A stretch of 64,000 bases of DNA. Source: Escherichia phage nataliec. The stretch's first letter is position 1. Every line of letters starts with the position of its first letter. The stretch is taken from the sequence record MN850611.1. One strand, written 5' to 3'. Below the pieces are notes generated by a model. That model worked only from the letters and a program-made list of their open reading frames with translations, was not told where the DNA came from and searched no databases. The position numbers and the translations under genes are program-made. This document shows, one piece after another, positions 51,071 to 62,179 of the stretch.

Positions 51071-52219
51071 ATGGCAGTAGGTGAAATTCAAATTAGTGCC
51101 TTGCCTCAAGCAGCCTTACCAATTGACCTTAGTGATATCTTCCATCTTAAACAGGGTATCGAGGATAAGAGATGTACTCTTGAGCAATTACTTGCTCCAC
51201 ACTCAAGCCTAAGAAATAACCCTCATGGTGTTACTAAGACACAAATTGGTCTAGACAATGTTATTAATGCTCTTCAGTTAGTTGCTGCAAATAACTTATC
51301 AGATATTGTTAATGTAGCTGAGGCAAGAGCAAATCTACAGATTATGTCTTCAGAAGAGGTTAATAGCCTTATTCAACAGCATATTAATGACAAGAGCAAC
51401 CCACACAATACAACTAAGGCACAGGTTGGTTTAAGTAATGTCCAGAACTGGACAACATCTAACCTTTATAATGAAGATGCAGATAAGTATGCTACAGCAA
51501 GAGCAGTAAATAACTTGTACAAGGCTGTTCAGGCTTCTTATCCAGTAGGTACTATCCATCTCTCTATGAATCCTGCAAACCCCTCTACATATTTAATTTG
51601 TGGAGGCACTTGGGAGTTAGTCTCAAAAGGGAGAGCACTTGTAGGTTATGATAGTGATTCTAGGCCAGTTGGTTCAACGTTTGGTTCACAGACTACTGCA
51701 CTGACGGCTAATAACATCCCTGCACATACCCACTCAGTGTATGTCACTGGTGGTGGTCACACTCATGGTGCAACTGCCTCTATCAGTGCTTTTGATTATG
51801 GCACTAAAGGGACTACAACGTTTGACTACGGAACCAAGACCGTATCTACTTACGACTATGGCAACAGAACAACAAGTGCCGCTGGCTTAACACAAACAAC
51901 ATTCATTAACCGTGGCTATGCTGATGGTGGCTGGAGAGGTTTATCGGTTGAGGGGGCAAGCTATGACCCAAGAGCTACGTTGACAACAGCTAACAACCAC
52001 ACTCACTCTGTAGCAATTGGTGCGCATAATCATACGGTTGGTATTGGTGCTCACAGCCATTCTGTTGCAATTGGTTCCCACAGCCACTCAGCAACAGTAA
52101 CAGTAACCGGAGCAGGTGAGCATTCGCACTCTGGCACAACTGGTCCAACTGGTTCTGGTCAAGCATTTAGCGTTGAACAGCCATCCTTCGTATTGTATGT
52201 ATGGCAGAGAACAGCTTAA
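51071..52219 (+). CDS. tail fiber protein with C-terminal HxH repeats
   Basis: C-terminus HTHSVAIGAHNHTVGIGAHSHSVAIGSHSHS, as in metal-binding needle domains of T4-type fibers; 382 aa. Confidence 0.6.
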   Translation: MAVGEIQISALPQAALPIDLSDIFHLKQGIEDKRCTLEQLLAPHSSLRNNPHGVTKTQIGLDNVINALQLVAANNLSDIVNVAEARANLQIMSSEEVNSLIQQHINDKSNPHNTTKAQVGLSNVQNWTTSNLYNEDADKYATARAVNNLYKAVQASYPVGTIHLSMNPANPSTYLICGGTWELVSKGRALVGYDSDSRPVGSTFGSQTTALTANNIPAHTHSVYVTGGGHTHGATASISAFDYGTKGTTTFDYGTKTVSTYDYGNRTTSAAGLTQTTFINRGYADGGWRGLSVEGASYDPRATLTTANNHTHSVAIGAHNHTVGIGAHSHSVAIGSHSHSATVTVTGAGEHSHSGTTGPTGSGQAFSVEQPSFVLYVWQRTA

Positions 52220-52229
52220 TTTCTTTACA

Positions 52230-52250
52230 GGGGCTGTATAGCCCCTTTTA
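52230..52250 (+). terminator. hairpin terminator between fiber genes
   Basis: GGGGCTGTATAGCCCC followed by TTTTA. Confidence 0.45.
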
Positions 52251-52265
52251 AGAGGAAAATTTATA

Positions 52266-54605
52266 ATGGCAGATTACAAGTTGAGTGAATTAAACTCAAT
52301 TGATACAATTCGTTCAGACGACCTCCTTCATGTCAGGGTTAAAAAGAGACCTGAAATGCTGGGTGATGAAGACCGTCGAATGACCTATCAAGACTTCTTA
52401 GCATCTTTTAAACTAGAAAGATTTGTCCAGATTGCTGGTAGCACTATGACGGGTGACTTAGGAATTGTCAAGTTACTTTATGGTGGTAAGGCAGTATTTG
52501 ACCCTACAGGTTCTTCTGAGATTACTATGGGGGATGTTTTAAAGGCTTTTAAAATCAATGCAAATGGTCTTAAACTAACTATTGCAGATGCTTCAAGGTC
52601 TGCAACTGTTTATCATACTCTTAATAAGCCAAGTCCTAATGAACTTGGGATGAGAACTAATGAAGAGAATGATGCAAGATATGCAAGACTGGCTGTAAAT
52701 AACACCTTTAGAGCCACTCAAAATATTCTATCTGATAATGAAACTATTATTGTTAAGAATGTTACACAAGGGATGCCGCTGTATATTCGCGGTCAAGATG
52801 CAGATGGCTCTAACAGGTGGTATCTAGGCAATGATAACAAAGGTACAGACAATCTTGTTTTAAAAAATGTTAAATCTGGTGCATATGTAGCTATTTTGGA
52901 TAGCTTAATCACTGTGAACAAATCTATCCAGATTACTGGTCAAGTTCAGCCTTCTGACTTCTCTAACTTAGATGCTAGATACTTTACTCAGACAGCAGCT
53001 AATCAGAGATTTGCGCAGCTAGTTGGTAATAACACCTTCAGAGGTATTAATAATTTTGTAGGTGAGTTCAATATTACCAGAGATAATGCTGTGCTAGTTA
53101 TTAAAAATGCCTCTGATGCAACTGGACTATACCTGCTTGGTCAGAAAGCTGATGGGACAAACAAGTTCTACTTAGGGACTGATAACTCTGATTCTGTAGT
53201 CAACCTACATAACTACACCACGAGTACAACTATCTCTTTGTCAAATGTGATTACCACTACTAAGACTGTGAAAATCACTGGTCAAGTTCAACCTTCAGAT
53301 TGGGCTAACATTGACTCTAGATATATTCCGGCAGCAACATTAAGTACGATTGCAAGAACTAATGGAAGTAACACGTTCACTGCAAAGCAGGTTATTAACA
53401 CTAATGGTGAAGCTCTCGTGTTACAAGGAAAATCAACCTCCGCACTTTACATTAGGGGTAAGGATTATGATGGAACGAATAGGTGGTATGTTGGCAATGA
53501 CGACGGCAGTGACACTGTTAGTTTGTATAACTATAAAACTGGTAAAAGCCTAAGCATTGGTTCCGAAGTATCAATTAATGCAAACTTAGTAATTAGTGGT
53601 CAAGTACAACCTAGCAACTTCACAAACTTTGATGCAAGGTATTACGGTAAAGCCGAAGCCGATTCAAAGTATTTCTGGTCAGCATTCAGAGCTTCGAAGA
53701 CCGAGGCTGCTGGTGGTGTGGCTTGGGACCAACCCTCAGGAATCTATCTTGAGACAAAATCTAGCGGGCAAAACCGTTTAGTCTTGCACATGGCCTCTAA
53801 TGCGAAAGCCCTAACACCATCTGCACAATTAAGATTTGAATCGAAAAATGGTGGGATGTGGTACAGGTCAGCCAGAGACACACTTGGCTTTGAGGTTGAA
53901 TGGTCTAAGGTTTACACTGAAGCTCAGAAACCTACCCCTTCAGAGATTGGTGCATACACTAAAGCTGAAACTGACCAGAAGATTGCAGAAGCAGTAAGTG
54001 ACTCTACAGACCTTAACAAAATCTACCCAGTAGGCATTGTAACGTGGTTTAACAGTAATGTTGACCCTAATACAGCACTGCCTGGCCTAACTTGGACGTA
54101 TCTGAATAATGGTGTTGGTAGGACTATTAGAATTGCAGCAGCAAATGGTTCAGATGTTGCTACAACTGGTGGTTCAGATTCTGTAACGTTATCTGTTGGT
54201 AACTTACCTTCACACACGCACAGTTTTTCTGCGACTACCTCATCGTTTGACTACGGAACAAAAAACACTAACACGACTGGTGCTCACGCTCACTCTGTAA
54301 GTGGCTCTACTTCATCTGCTGGTAACCACAACCATTCCATTTCGTGGATTGGTCAGAACTCTACACACTACTCTGGTGGTGGTGGTGGTAGTATTGGTGT
54401 AGGACCGGGTTACACCAATGCTAACGGTGCTCACACCCACTCTGTAAGTGGTACTGCCGCTTCTGCTGGTAACCATGCTCACAGTGTTGGTATTGGTGCT
54501 CACAGCCATACAGTTAGTGGCAACACTGGTGGTACAGGTTCTGGTTCAGCATTTAGTGTTACTAACCAGTTCTACAAGTTAATGGCTTGGGTGAGAACTG
54601 CTTAA
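52266..54605 (+). CDS. long tail fiber protein with internal repeats and C-terminal HxH repeats
   Basis: 779 aa; repeated ITGQVQPS(D/N)(F/W)xN(L/F)DARY segments; C-terminal GAHAHSVSG...NHNHS...GAHTHSVSG...GAHSHTVSG. Confidence 0.65.
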   Translation: MADYKLSELNSIDTIRSDDLLHVRVKKRPEMLGDEDRRMTYQDFLASFKLERFVQIAGSTMTGDLGIVKLLYGGKAVFDPTGSSEITMGDVLKAFKINANGLKLTIADASRSATVYHTLNKPSPNELGMRTNEENDARYARLAVNNTFRATQNILSDNETIIVKNVTQGMPLYIRGQDADGSNRWYLGNDNKGTDNLVLKNVKSGAYVAILDSLITVNKSIQITGQVQPSDFSNLDARYFTQTAANQRFAQLVGNNTFRGINNFVGEFNITRDNAVLVIKNASDATGLYLLGQKADGTNKFYLGTDNSDSVVNLHNYTTSTTISLSNVITTTKTVKITGQVQPSDWANIDSRYIPAATLSTIARTNGSNTFTAKQVINTNGEALVLQGKSTSALYIRGKDYDGTNRWYVGNDDGSDTVSLYNYKTGKSLSIGSEVSINANLVISGQVQPSNFTNFDARYYGKAEADSKYFWSAFRASKTEAAGGVAWDQPSGIYLETKSSGQNRLVLHMASNAKALTPSAQLRFESKNGGMWYRSARDTLGFEVEWSKVYTEAQKPTPSEIGAYTKAETDQKIAEAVSDSTDLNKIYPVGIVTWFNSNVDPNTALPGLTWTYLNNGVGRTIRIAAANGSDVATTGGSDSVTLSVGNLPSHTHSFSATTSSFDYGTKNTNTTGAHAHSVSGSTSSAGNHNHSISWIGQNSTHYSGGGGGSIGVGPGYTNANGAHTHSVSGTAASAGNHAHSVGIGAHSHTVSGNTGGTGSGSAFSVTNQFYKLMAWVRTA

Positions 54606-54612
54606 TCCCTTG

Positions 54613-54641
54613 TTGACTGATTGTTAAGATGGTGTTAATAT
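54613..54641 (+). promoter_or_regulatory. sigma70-like promoter
   Basis: TTGACT, 17-bp spacer, TAATAT. Confidence 0.45.
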
Positions 54642-54684
54642 TCTTTATGGGTATTCTCACCATCTTGGCTGATGAGGTGATTAA

Positions 54685-54879
54685 ATGCCTACAATCCTAG
54701 CAATTCTTCTAAAAAATCTAGGTAGCTTCTTCTGGAAACTCATTTTATCCCTTCTAAGTGAATACATGATTGAGAAAGTGTTCTTTAGGCTTGCAAGATA
54801 CCTTGCGAGTAAGACAGACACACCTATTGATGATGAGTTCGTAGATAACTTAGAAAAAGCTTTTAAGGGGGAGAAATAA
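54685..54879 (+). CDS. small membrane protein
   Basis: 64 aa with hydrophobic helix. Confidence 0.35.
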   Translation: MPTILAILLKNLGSFFWKLILSLLSEYMIEKVFFRLARYLASKTDTPIDDEFVDNLEKAFKGEK

Positions 54880-55251
54880 ATGAAGTGGCTAGAGGAAGCT
54901 TTTAAAAATAATATTGGTGCAATTGTAGTTGGTATTTTTAGTGTTATTGGGATGTATACCACCATGCAAGTTTCGGATGGTAAACAAGAAGTGTCTATCA
55001 CAACAAAGTTGCAACAGCTAGATAATTATTCCAAAAGCAATTATTCAGCTATTCGTGATTTACAATCTGATATGAGGCTGCTTCAGCTAGGGATGGAGAA
55101 CCAGAAAGTCCAGTTAGAGAATGTTAAGGGAGAGAACGCAAAACTTACTAAGACTCTTGATAAATTCTCTGATAGTGTTAACAATCTGGCTCAATCAGTA
55201 TCAGCCCTCCAAGCTATTACTGAAAAGAACACAAAGAATACTGAAAAATAA
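54880..55251 (+). CDS. membrane-anchored coiled-coil protein
   Basis: N-terminal TM IGAIVVGIFSVIGMY then heptad-like helical region; 123 aa. Confidence 0.4.
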   Translation: MKWLEEAFKNNIGAIVVGIFSVIGMYTTMQVSDGKQEVSITTKLQQLDNYSKSNYSAIRDLQSDMRLLQLGMENQKVQLENVKGENAKLTKTLDKFSDSVNNLAQSVSALQAITEKNTKNTEK

Positions 55252-55259
55252 AATTTTAA

Positions 55260-55286
55260 GGCTCCTTTTTACGGGAGCCTTTTTTG
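55260..55286. terminator. bidirectional rho-independent terminator
   Basis: Hairpin ggctcc-loop-ggagcc flanked by A-run and T-run, between convergent genes. Confidence 0.7.
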
Positions 55287-55289
55287 TTT

Positions 55290-56189
55290 CTACTTACCTA
55301 CTGACAAAGGTGCTTCAATCTTTCCTGCATGTTGGTAGTTACTAATTCCACCGATAAAGTCACTTGCAGTAAGATGTTTCAGGTCACTTAAAGTATTAAG
55401 TTGTAGACCAATCTCAAAAGTTGGTGCATGGAACTCTTCATTGTTCATCAGTTCATAAACCTGCTTCATATGATTCTGATAAATCTGAGTATCTCCAAAG
55501 ACACCTATCAAGTACCGTGGAGTGTATCCAGTCATCTTACAAAGAACTTCCAGAATAAAACCATAAGATGCAATATTAAACGGAAGTCCTAAAAAGGTGT
55601 CTACTGAACGCTGATACCACTGTAAGTCAACTTCACCCTCGTTAGTAATATAAATCTGAAACAGAACATGGCAAGGTGCTAGAGCCATTGAGTTTGCTGC
55701 AATATCTGCTGCATTCCAAGCATTCACAAGCATGTAACGGTCTGTGATATCACCCTTCATCTTCGTTACTAAGGTCTCTAGCTGGTCTACAACACAACCG
55801 TTATGACCTTCAAAGTTTCTCCACTGAACCCCGTAGATTCTCCCGCCTGCATCTTCTAACCAGTCTTGTTCAGAAGAATAGTTAGAACTTAACCAGCGTT
55901 TAAAATCATCTGACCAGATAGTCCAGCGTTCTCCATCATTTTCACCCCAAGTACGGTAACGGAGTTCACCAAGCTTATTCTCACCATTCAGGAACCATAA
56001 AGCTTCCCCAATAACTTGCCGTGTAAACACCTGTTTAGATGTTAAGAGTGGGAAACCAGTACGCATGTCAAAACGAAACTTCGGTGGAGCAAATGCAGAG
56101 ATAACATCTCCAGTTCGTGTAGTACGCAGTTCACCAACTGATAAAACATGGTTCAGGATATTTTTGTAGCTTGTATCTGCTTGTGACAT
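55290..56189 (-). CDS. thyA: thymidylate synthase
   Basis: Active-site block MALAPCHVLFQIY and FLGLPFNIASYGFI match ThyA. Confidence 0.9.
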   Translation of the reverse strand: MSQADTSYKNILNHVLSVGELRTTRTGDVISAFAPPKFRFDMRTGFPLLTSKQVFTRQVIGEALWFLNGENKLGELRYRTWGENDGERWTIWSDDFKRWLSSNYSSEQDWLEDAGGRIYGVQWRNFEGHNGCVVDQLETLVTKMKGDITDRYMLVNAWNAADIAANSMALAPCHVLFQIYITNEGEVDLQWYQRSVDTFLGLPFNIASYGFILEVLCKMTGYTPRYLIGVFGDTQIYQNHMKQVYELMNNEEFHAPTFEIGLQLNTLSDLKHLTASDFIGGISNYQHAGKIEAPLSVGK

Positions 56190-56190
56190 A

Positions 56191-56736
56191 TTAAAAGTGC
56201 CCTTTTACTTGTGGAACATAAATTTCAAAGGTTGCTTTACCATCCTCTGATGGTTTTGACTGTACCTTTGTAAATACACGGTTATCATACAGCTTCTCAA
56301 AGAAGTTTTCAAAAGGTAAATGCACAGTGGCCTCTTCAGTAACTTTATGGAAAACTGTATGGAAAACTACACCAGCATACGGCAAAGCATTGACAAGAAC
56401 ACCTGCACCACCAATTACAAAGACATCTTCATCAATAGAGCTATCAAGATACTTCAAAAATGCTCCAAATGACTCTTTACTGGCTTTAGCATACATTACA
56501 TCATCTTTGCCAAAGTCTATGCCTAAGTATGGTACAGAATTTGTTAAGACAAGGTTTGCACGTTCTGGTAAAGGTTTACTACCCAGAGTCTTAAAAGTCT
56601 CATTACCCATGACTACTAAGTTATTTTTAGTGAGTCTCTTAAACTCTTGCATGTCCTGTTTATGTCGAGGCCACGGCATACCAGTCGGTGTACCAAATTC
56701 ACCGTTTTCACCACTTGCAAATATTAGTTTAATCAT
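56191..56736 (-). CDS. frd: dihydrofolate reductase
   Basis: N-terminal MIKLIFA...GMPW and VIGGAGV match DHFR signature regions; adjacent to thyA as in T4-type phages. Confidence 0.8.
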   Translation of the reverse strand: MIKLIFASGENGEFGTPTGMPWPRHKQDMQEFKRLTKNNLVVMGNETFKTLGSKPLPERANLVLTNSVPYLGIDFGKDDVMYAKASKESFGAFLKYLDSSIDEDVFVIGGAGVLVNALPYAGVVFHTVFHKVTEEATVHLPFENFFEKLYDNRVFTKVQSKPSEDGKATFEIYVPQVKGHF

Positions 56737-56993
56737 TTTGTAAACCCTTTCTTAATGAACCAGTTGATGACACTCTTCACAAATTTACTACGATGGTAGA
56801 TAAAATGTGGAGAGGGTTGGTATGAACCATAAGCCCAGAAAGCGATAATTTCATTACACCCTGTGCATCGGGTACTTTCTTCAGCAATATGACCGTTGAC
56901 TATTTCATTTACCTCACCTTGTAAGTCTGTACACCCACAATGTGGACAACGGATAGGTGTTCCATCAGACTCATAGCAGTGTTCAATTTTCAT
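56733..56993 (-). CDS. small zinc-ribbon protein
   Basis: CPHCGC...CTGC cysteine pairs; 86 aa. Confidence 0.45.
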   Translation of the reverse strand: MKIEHCYESDGTPIRCPHCGCTDLQGEVNEIVNGHIAEESTRCTGCNEIIAFWAYGSYQPSPHFIYHRSKFVKSVINWFIKKGFTK

Positions 56994-57509
56994 CTATTTA
57001 ACCTCAAAAACTGGCTCAAGAACCAATATAAAGTCTACACAGTCATCTTCTTCATCCAGAACACCATCAAAGTTCTTAGGAACGAAGTCGAAGAGGCTCA
57101 TAACAAAACAGTCAGAAGTGACCCTGATAGTTCCTCCCATGTTCTCTACAGTTAACACTGTACGACTTTCTTTTACCTCCCTCAGAAGATTACCCACAAA
57201 GTCATCCAAGAAGTACTTCATTAGTGACTTAAAACCTTTAGGGTAATCTGTACCAGAGTATGTTTCAATCTGGGGAACAAGCTTAACATTTATACTAGTC
57301 TTTGTTAAGAATGTATTAGAGAACATACTATCAGGTAACTTACAAACAGTCTTTCCAGTACCTTCATGTTCAATCTCAACAAAACCAGCTTCATCGCCAC
57401 ATGTAACTATTTTAAAAGATGCTTCATTCTCATACTGTGAAGCCATAAACTTTTTAAGCATCACTTTAAGGAAGTCTGCATGAGCATCTTGTAAGAAGAT
57501 ATCAATCAT
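56994..57509 (-). CDS. hypothetical protein
   Basis: 171 aa ORF. Confidence 0.5.
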   Translation of the reverse strand: MIDIFLQDAHADFLKVMLKKFMASQYENEASFKIVTCGDEAGFVEIEHEGTGKTVCKLPDSMFSNTFLTKTSINVKLVPQIETYSGTDYPKGFKSLMKYFLDDFVGNLLREVKESRTVLTVENMGGTIRVTSDCFVMSLFDFVPKNFDGVLDEEDDCVDFILVLEPVFEVK

Positions 57510-57522
57510 AGTTAATCACCTA

Positions 57523-57882
57523 TTATGGGAACAAGCACTTAATGTCATCGTTTTTGAAAACAAAACTTGTGTAGTTATGACCATCAACATCCAGCCAAAC
57601 AGCCTGAACATCTACACCATCAAGATTCTGGTAAAGTTCTTTGATGAAGTGGTCTTTCACAATCTGACTGCTAGTTGTTTCCAGCTTAATGTTCGAGATT
57701 GCTGAACCTACAGCCATATAGCCCATGACACGTTTCTTCTCAGTATGCTTAATCTTACCATCTTTGTAAGCCATAATGAGATTGGAAAGAATCTTTACAC
57801 CATAATACTTTTCAAGGTGAGTAGGTACACCATAAAAGCCTAATGCGAAGTTTTCAGAGTGGATAATGTTTTCACGTTTCAT
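57523..57882 (-). CDS. hypothetical protein
   Basis: 119 aa ORF. Confidence 0.45.
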   Translation of the reverse strand: MKRENIIHSENFALGFYGVPTHLEKYYGVKILSNLIMAYKDGKIKHTEKKRVMGYMAVGSAISNIKLETTSSQIVKDHFIKELYQNLDGVDVQAVWLDVDGHNYTSFVFKNDDIKCLFP

Positions 57883-57883
57883 A

Positions 57884-58213
57884 TTAGTCTGCCAACCTTA
57901 AATTGAAATTAACACCAAATTTTTCACATACTTCCAACATATACTCAAGGGAAACATTACCAGTGAGGTGGATTATGTTGGATACACGAGCCTGAGAGAT
58001 ACCACAAATTTTAGCAACTTGCTCTTGAGAAAGACCTCTTGATTTAATCTCTCTCTTAAAACGATGTGCAACGAAGTCTCTCATTTCGTCTACATCCATT
58101 GGACAAACATAACTCTCCATTTCAGCCTCTCTATCAGCCTCCCAATCATCTTGTGGAGCATAAGGGTCAAAAGCCTCATTCATCTTTCTTCTTCCGTTTG
58201 CGTGAAGTGTCAA
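57884..58213 (-). CDS. HTH (XRE/Cro-like) DNA-binding protein
   Basis: Helix-turn-helix GLSQEQVAKICGISQARVSNI. Confidence 0.55.
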   Translation of the reverse strand: MTLHANGRRKMNEAFDPYAPQDDWEADREAEMESYVCPMDVDEMRDFVAHRFKREIKSRGLSQEQVAKICGISQARVSNIIHLTGNVSLEYMLEVCEKFGVNFNLRLAD

Positions 58214-58388
58214 TCAATGAATCTATGTTTGTAGCCCTAACCTTTTCACGTTCATCGTTAAGATAATCATCAAGAGCCTTTTCAATCTGTGAATCATCTT
58301 GGCAGATAACTGTAAAGACTGTAAAGCCATCTGTATCATCAATTATCTTACCATAACCGCTTCTGGGATGTAACTTTTTAAGAGCCAT
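58176..58388 (-). CDS. hypothetical protein
   Basis: 70 aa ORF. Confidence 0.35.
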   Translation of the reverse strand: MALKKLHPRSGYGKIIDDTDGFTVFTVICQDDSQIEKALDDYLNDEREKVRATNIDSLIDTSRKRKKKDE

Positions 58389-58389
58389 A

Positions 58390-58773
58390 TCAAATACCTG
58401 TGCAGCTTCTGTTTTCTAAGAAATACTCAACACCGTACATAGCTTTTTGCATCAAATCTTCTTTAAACTGGATACGATGGTTGAGCATAGCTTGTACATC
58501 AATATCGTCACGGTGTTTCTCTTTAATGTTTGCAGATTGCAGGAAATACTCTGCAAGAACACGATATTGATAGTCAGTTACCTTATCAGTCATCTCTGTC
58601 AAAGACTCTTCAGAGATTGGTTTAAGTAACTCACCATTAGCTAGAGCGACACCTTTTACAATCTGGCAAGTGTCTTCTGGAACACCTGATAAGTCCACAT
58701 TTGGGAGTTCTGTTGCATTGACTGGTAAATTCATTGCCATAACCATTGCAGCAGCTAATAAAATCTTTTTCAT
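58390..58773 (-). CDS. secreted/periplasmic hypothetical protein
   Basis: Signal peptide MKKILLAAAMVMAMNLPVNA. Confidence 0.5.
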   Translation of the reverse strand: MKKILLAAAMVMAMNLPVNATELPNVDLSGVPEDTCQIVKGVALANGELLKPISEESLTEMTDKVTDYQYRVLAEYFLQSANIKEKHRDDIDVQAMLNHRIQFKEDLMQKAMYGVEYFLENRSCTGI

Positions 58774-58869
58774 AATGACCTCAAAGTTATATTAAATTTT
58801 GTATTACATTGAGTATAAAAATAAGCTATAACACCTGACTTGTCAACAGATTTTATAGCTTATTTGGCA

Positions 58870-59290
58870 GATTTTTTATAAGGCTACTGCCATCCTTCCA
58901 TACCAAACCCTACCGAACAGAACCATGCTTTGCCATACTGGACAACACCTGACCAGACATCACTTAAAAACCCTTTTCAAAGACTCTTAAGTGATGTAAT
59001 CGAATTTTAATGTAGCTCCGATTAACTACCCATACCTTGCATTACTTCACCAAACCATACATTACCAGACCATGCCACACCTGTCCAAACTCAACCTCAT
59101 TAAAAGACCCTCTTTAAAGACCTTTTAATAAGGTAAGTCTCATTTTTATGTAGTTGAGACTAACTACCCATACCAGACCCTACCTTACCAAACCAGACCT
59201 CACCCTACCCCACCATACCGTATACTACCTCATTAAAAGACCCTGTTTAAAGACCTTTTAAAAAGGAGCCTCCGAAGAGGCTACCCAGTC
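58870..59290. repeat. upstream repeat region: phased (C/T)ACC pentamer tracts plus palindromic elements
   Basis: Tracts such as CATACCAGACCCTACCTTACCAAACCAGACC; palindrome ATCACTTAA...TTAAGTGAT at 58959-58995; paired AAAGACCCT(c/g)TTTAAAGACCTTTT elements near 59100 and 59235. Confidence 0.55.
59262..59288 (-). terminator. rho-independent terminator (minus strand)
   Basis: Minus-strand hairpin agcctc-ttcg-gaggct followed by a T-run. Confidence 0.5.
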
Positions 59291-59293
59291 AAC

Positions 59294-59734
59294 TTAGAAA
59301 GGTTTTCTGCGTTGCTTGTTAATGTTAGCTTTCATAGCAGCTAAATGGTTTTGCTGTTCAATCAGTCGTGAACGTTCTTGATGGCTAAGTGCCATAGTGT
59401 TCACATTCTCAATCGCTTGAGTGGCTTGCTTTAAAGCACGACCAATCTTACCAGACATTTTGCGTTTTGCAATAGTTGCTTGATGCTTAGGTTCGACAAC
59501 ACGATAACCAACACCCATTGAAGCAACCAGATAAATCTTCTCTTCTTTAAGAAGCTTCTCAATAAACTTCTCAAGTCGGTTTAGACGTGTAAGTGCATAA
59601 GCCTTCATTTCATCTTCGTACTTAACAATGTCACCTTGATAGGTTGGCTTCACAATACCTAAGAAGGTATCCATCTCAGAATGTGATACAGTGTCACCGT
59701 AACTAAACTTTGCTGCTAATGCTTTTGTATTCAT
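59294..59734 (-). CDS. hypothetical protein
   Basis: 146 aa ORF. Confidence 0.5.
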   Translation of the reverse strand: MNTKALAAKFSYGDTVSHSEMDTFLGIVKPTYQGDIVKYEDEMKAYALTRLNRLEKFIEKLLKEEKIYLVASMGVGYRVVEPKHQATIAKRKMSGKIGRALKQATQAIENVNTMALSHQERSRLIEQQNHLAAMKANINKQRRKPF

Positions 59735-59736
59735 AA

Positions 59737-60342
<606 letters not shown>

Positions 60343-60399
60343 TTAGTTGATTGTTAAGTTGTTTGTAAAGAACCCTCAACAGAAGACTCTTTAGAAACT

Positions 60400-60545
60400 T
60401 GGTAGATTTTTAACGTGGCTACTACCATCCACCCATACCTCACCTAACAACACCTAACAACACAAAACTACACCCCACACCACCGCACCACACCAAACAT
60501 CACTTAAAAACCCTCTTAGAAGACCCTTAAGTGATGCTGGTGAGT
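60400..60545. repeat. second copy of the (C/T)ACC tract plus ATCACTTAA...TTAAGTGAT palindrome
   Basis: CACCTAACAACACCTAACAACAC...CACACCACCGCACCACACC, then palindrome at 60499-60535. Confidence 0.55.
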
Positions 60546-60601
60546 ACCCGTTGGTTTATGCTGCTCAGTATACTCACCAAATTTTCTATGTCAACAACTT
60601 T

Positions 60602-61705
60602 TTATTCGTAGTCTCGAATAACTAACCCAACAGGGAACTGTAAAGACCCCTTACGAGTCATCTTCTGGAACTGAACCGTTAAAGGCTTCCCGATAAACTC
60701 TTCAGGATGCTCAGCAAGATACTGTTTCTTCTCATGAGTAGTCTTCCATGAGACATCTACAAAGACATTAGGGAGAGTCTCTACAACGAACTTTCCATGA
60801 CCACGTTTATCGGTCTTGACACCAGTCACTTTAAACTCTTCAGTGTGCATCTTCTTATGCTTAATCAAGAAGTATGAACGGTGACCACACTCGTAGAAAG
60901 ATTCTTCAGAGATTGAGCGGTACATTGCACCTTCAAACTTAGCTTCAACCCACTTATCATGAGCTTCATCAAACTCTTCCCAAGAATTTACACGACGAGA
61001 TTTAACAGGAACAACTTTACAACCGTCTCTAAAGTCATTCAATGGTGAAGTCTCAATAATATCTCTACGCTCAGGCCACGTCTTAGTGCTGTCACAGATA
61101 TCGTACCAGTAAAACTTGAGTAAATGTCGGTCAGGATTGTCTTCATTTTTAATCATGGAGACAATATCTTCTAAGTCCTGCCCATGAGCATAGATTTCAC
61201 CATCAAACTCATCAACATCTTTGTGGAGCCTCAACATTGCCATAATGTCAGGTATTAGTTCAGTAGGGATTTTATAAACAGTATTCTCACGAGAGTATGC
61301 TGTAAATACACTACTGATGCTCAAGTGTCTTGAAATTCTACAACGTACACCATCCAGTTTCGGTTGAGCATCAGCAGGGAACTTCAGGTACTTTGCATGG
61401 CTAACCTTTGCAGCATCATGAGCAAGCTGTACACCAACTTTCTCAGTATTCTGTGCAGACTCTTTTGTGTAAGCATAACCTTTACGGTCAACTTGCTTTT
61501 TATACTTAGCAGCAACTTCAAAGAGAGCTTGCTGTTCAGCATTACGCTCATTCTTTTTACCGATGTTTTTAGCTTCTGCTGTATACTCTTCAAACATCAT
61601 CTTGCCATTTTCTTTACCGTAGGTTGTAATAACTTTGTCACCTACAGCAACACATGACCAGACGTTAAAAGAGCCGTCTTTATTTTGTTTGTACAGAATT
61701 GTCAT
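60602..61705 (-). CDS. ATP-dependent DNA ligase
   Basis: Adenylation motif I KLDGVR (active-site Lys), motif III FDGEIY, further motifs in order; 367 aa, T7-ligase size class. Confidence 0.75.
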   Translation of the reverse strand: MTILYKQNKDGSFNVWSCVAVGDKVITTYGKENGKMMFEEYTAEAKNIGKKNERNAEQQALFEVAAKYKKQVDRKGYAYTKESAQNTEKVGVQLAHDAAKVSHAKYLKFPADAQPKLDGVRCRISRHLSISSVFTAYSRENTVYKIPTELIPDIMAMLRLHKDVDEFDGEIYAHGQDLEDIVSMIKNEDNPDRHLLKFYWYDICDSTKTWPERRDIIETSPLNDFRDGCKVVPVKSRRVNSWEEFDEAHDKWVEAKFEGAMYRSISEESFYECGHRSYFLIKHKKMHTEEFKVTGVKTDKRGHGKFVVETLPNVFVDVSWKTTHEKKQYLAEHPEEFIGKPLTVQFQKMTRKGSLQFPVGLVIRDYE

Positions 61706-62007
61706 TTTCTCTTACCACCAATCTCTACGTCGATAACTTGAACATCGCCAGCAACATCAAACTTATGTATGATGCTTTCCACAGTATAAGTCCAACCATC
61801 AATGCGAACCATCTCACCTTCTCGTGGAACTATTGGATTACGTTGAGCTACAGTTGTAGTGGAGTGAACAACATCATAACGATAGATATAGTTTACTAGG
61901 ACTTCCATCGTGAAAACCTCACTCAATAACCGTAGTATGTGATTGTCCATTTTTGCCATAGCTGTAAGATGTTGTTGTTTGAGAGTTTGGACATCTGACA
62001 ACAACAA
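61702..62007 (-). CDS. hypothetical protein
   Basis: 101 aa ORF; start may be an internal Met. Confidence 0.4.
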   Translation of the reverse strand: MLLSDVQTLKQQHLTAMAKMDNHILRLLSEVFTMEVLVNYIYRYDVVHSTTTVAQRNPIVPREGEMVRIDGWTYTVESIIHKFDVAGDVQVIDVEIGGKRK

Positions 62008-62179
62008 TATCTCTGCTTATAGCATCACCATGTAACTTGTATACTCTGCAATCTTGCATCTCTGGTGGGAGGCTATAAGAAGCATTTTTATCTTCATAAG
62101 AAGGGTTGCAGCCAGATAGAAAAATAACACCAAGCGCAATCACCACTTTCCACATAACACTACTCCTATTACTGTTCAC
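61919..62179 (-). CDS. lipoprotein
   Basis: Signal peptide with lipobox LSGC. Confidence 0.45.
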   Translation of the reverse strand: MNSNRSSVMWKVVIALGVIFLSGCNPSYEDKNASYSLPPEMQDCRVYKLHGDAISRDIVVVRCPNSQTTTSYSYGKNGQSHTTVIE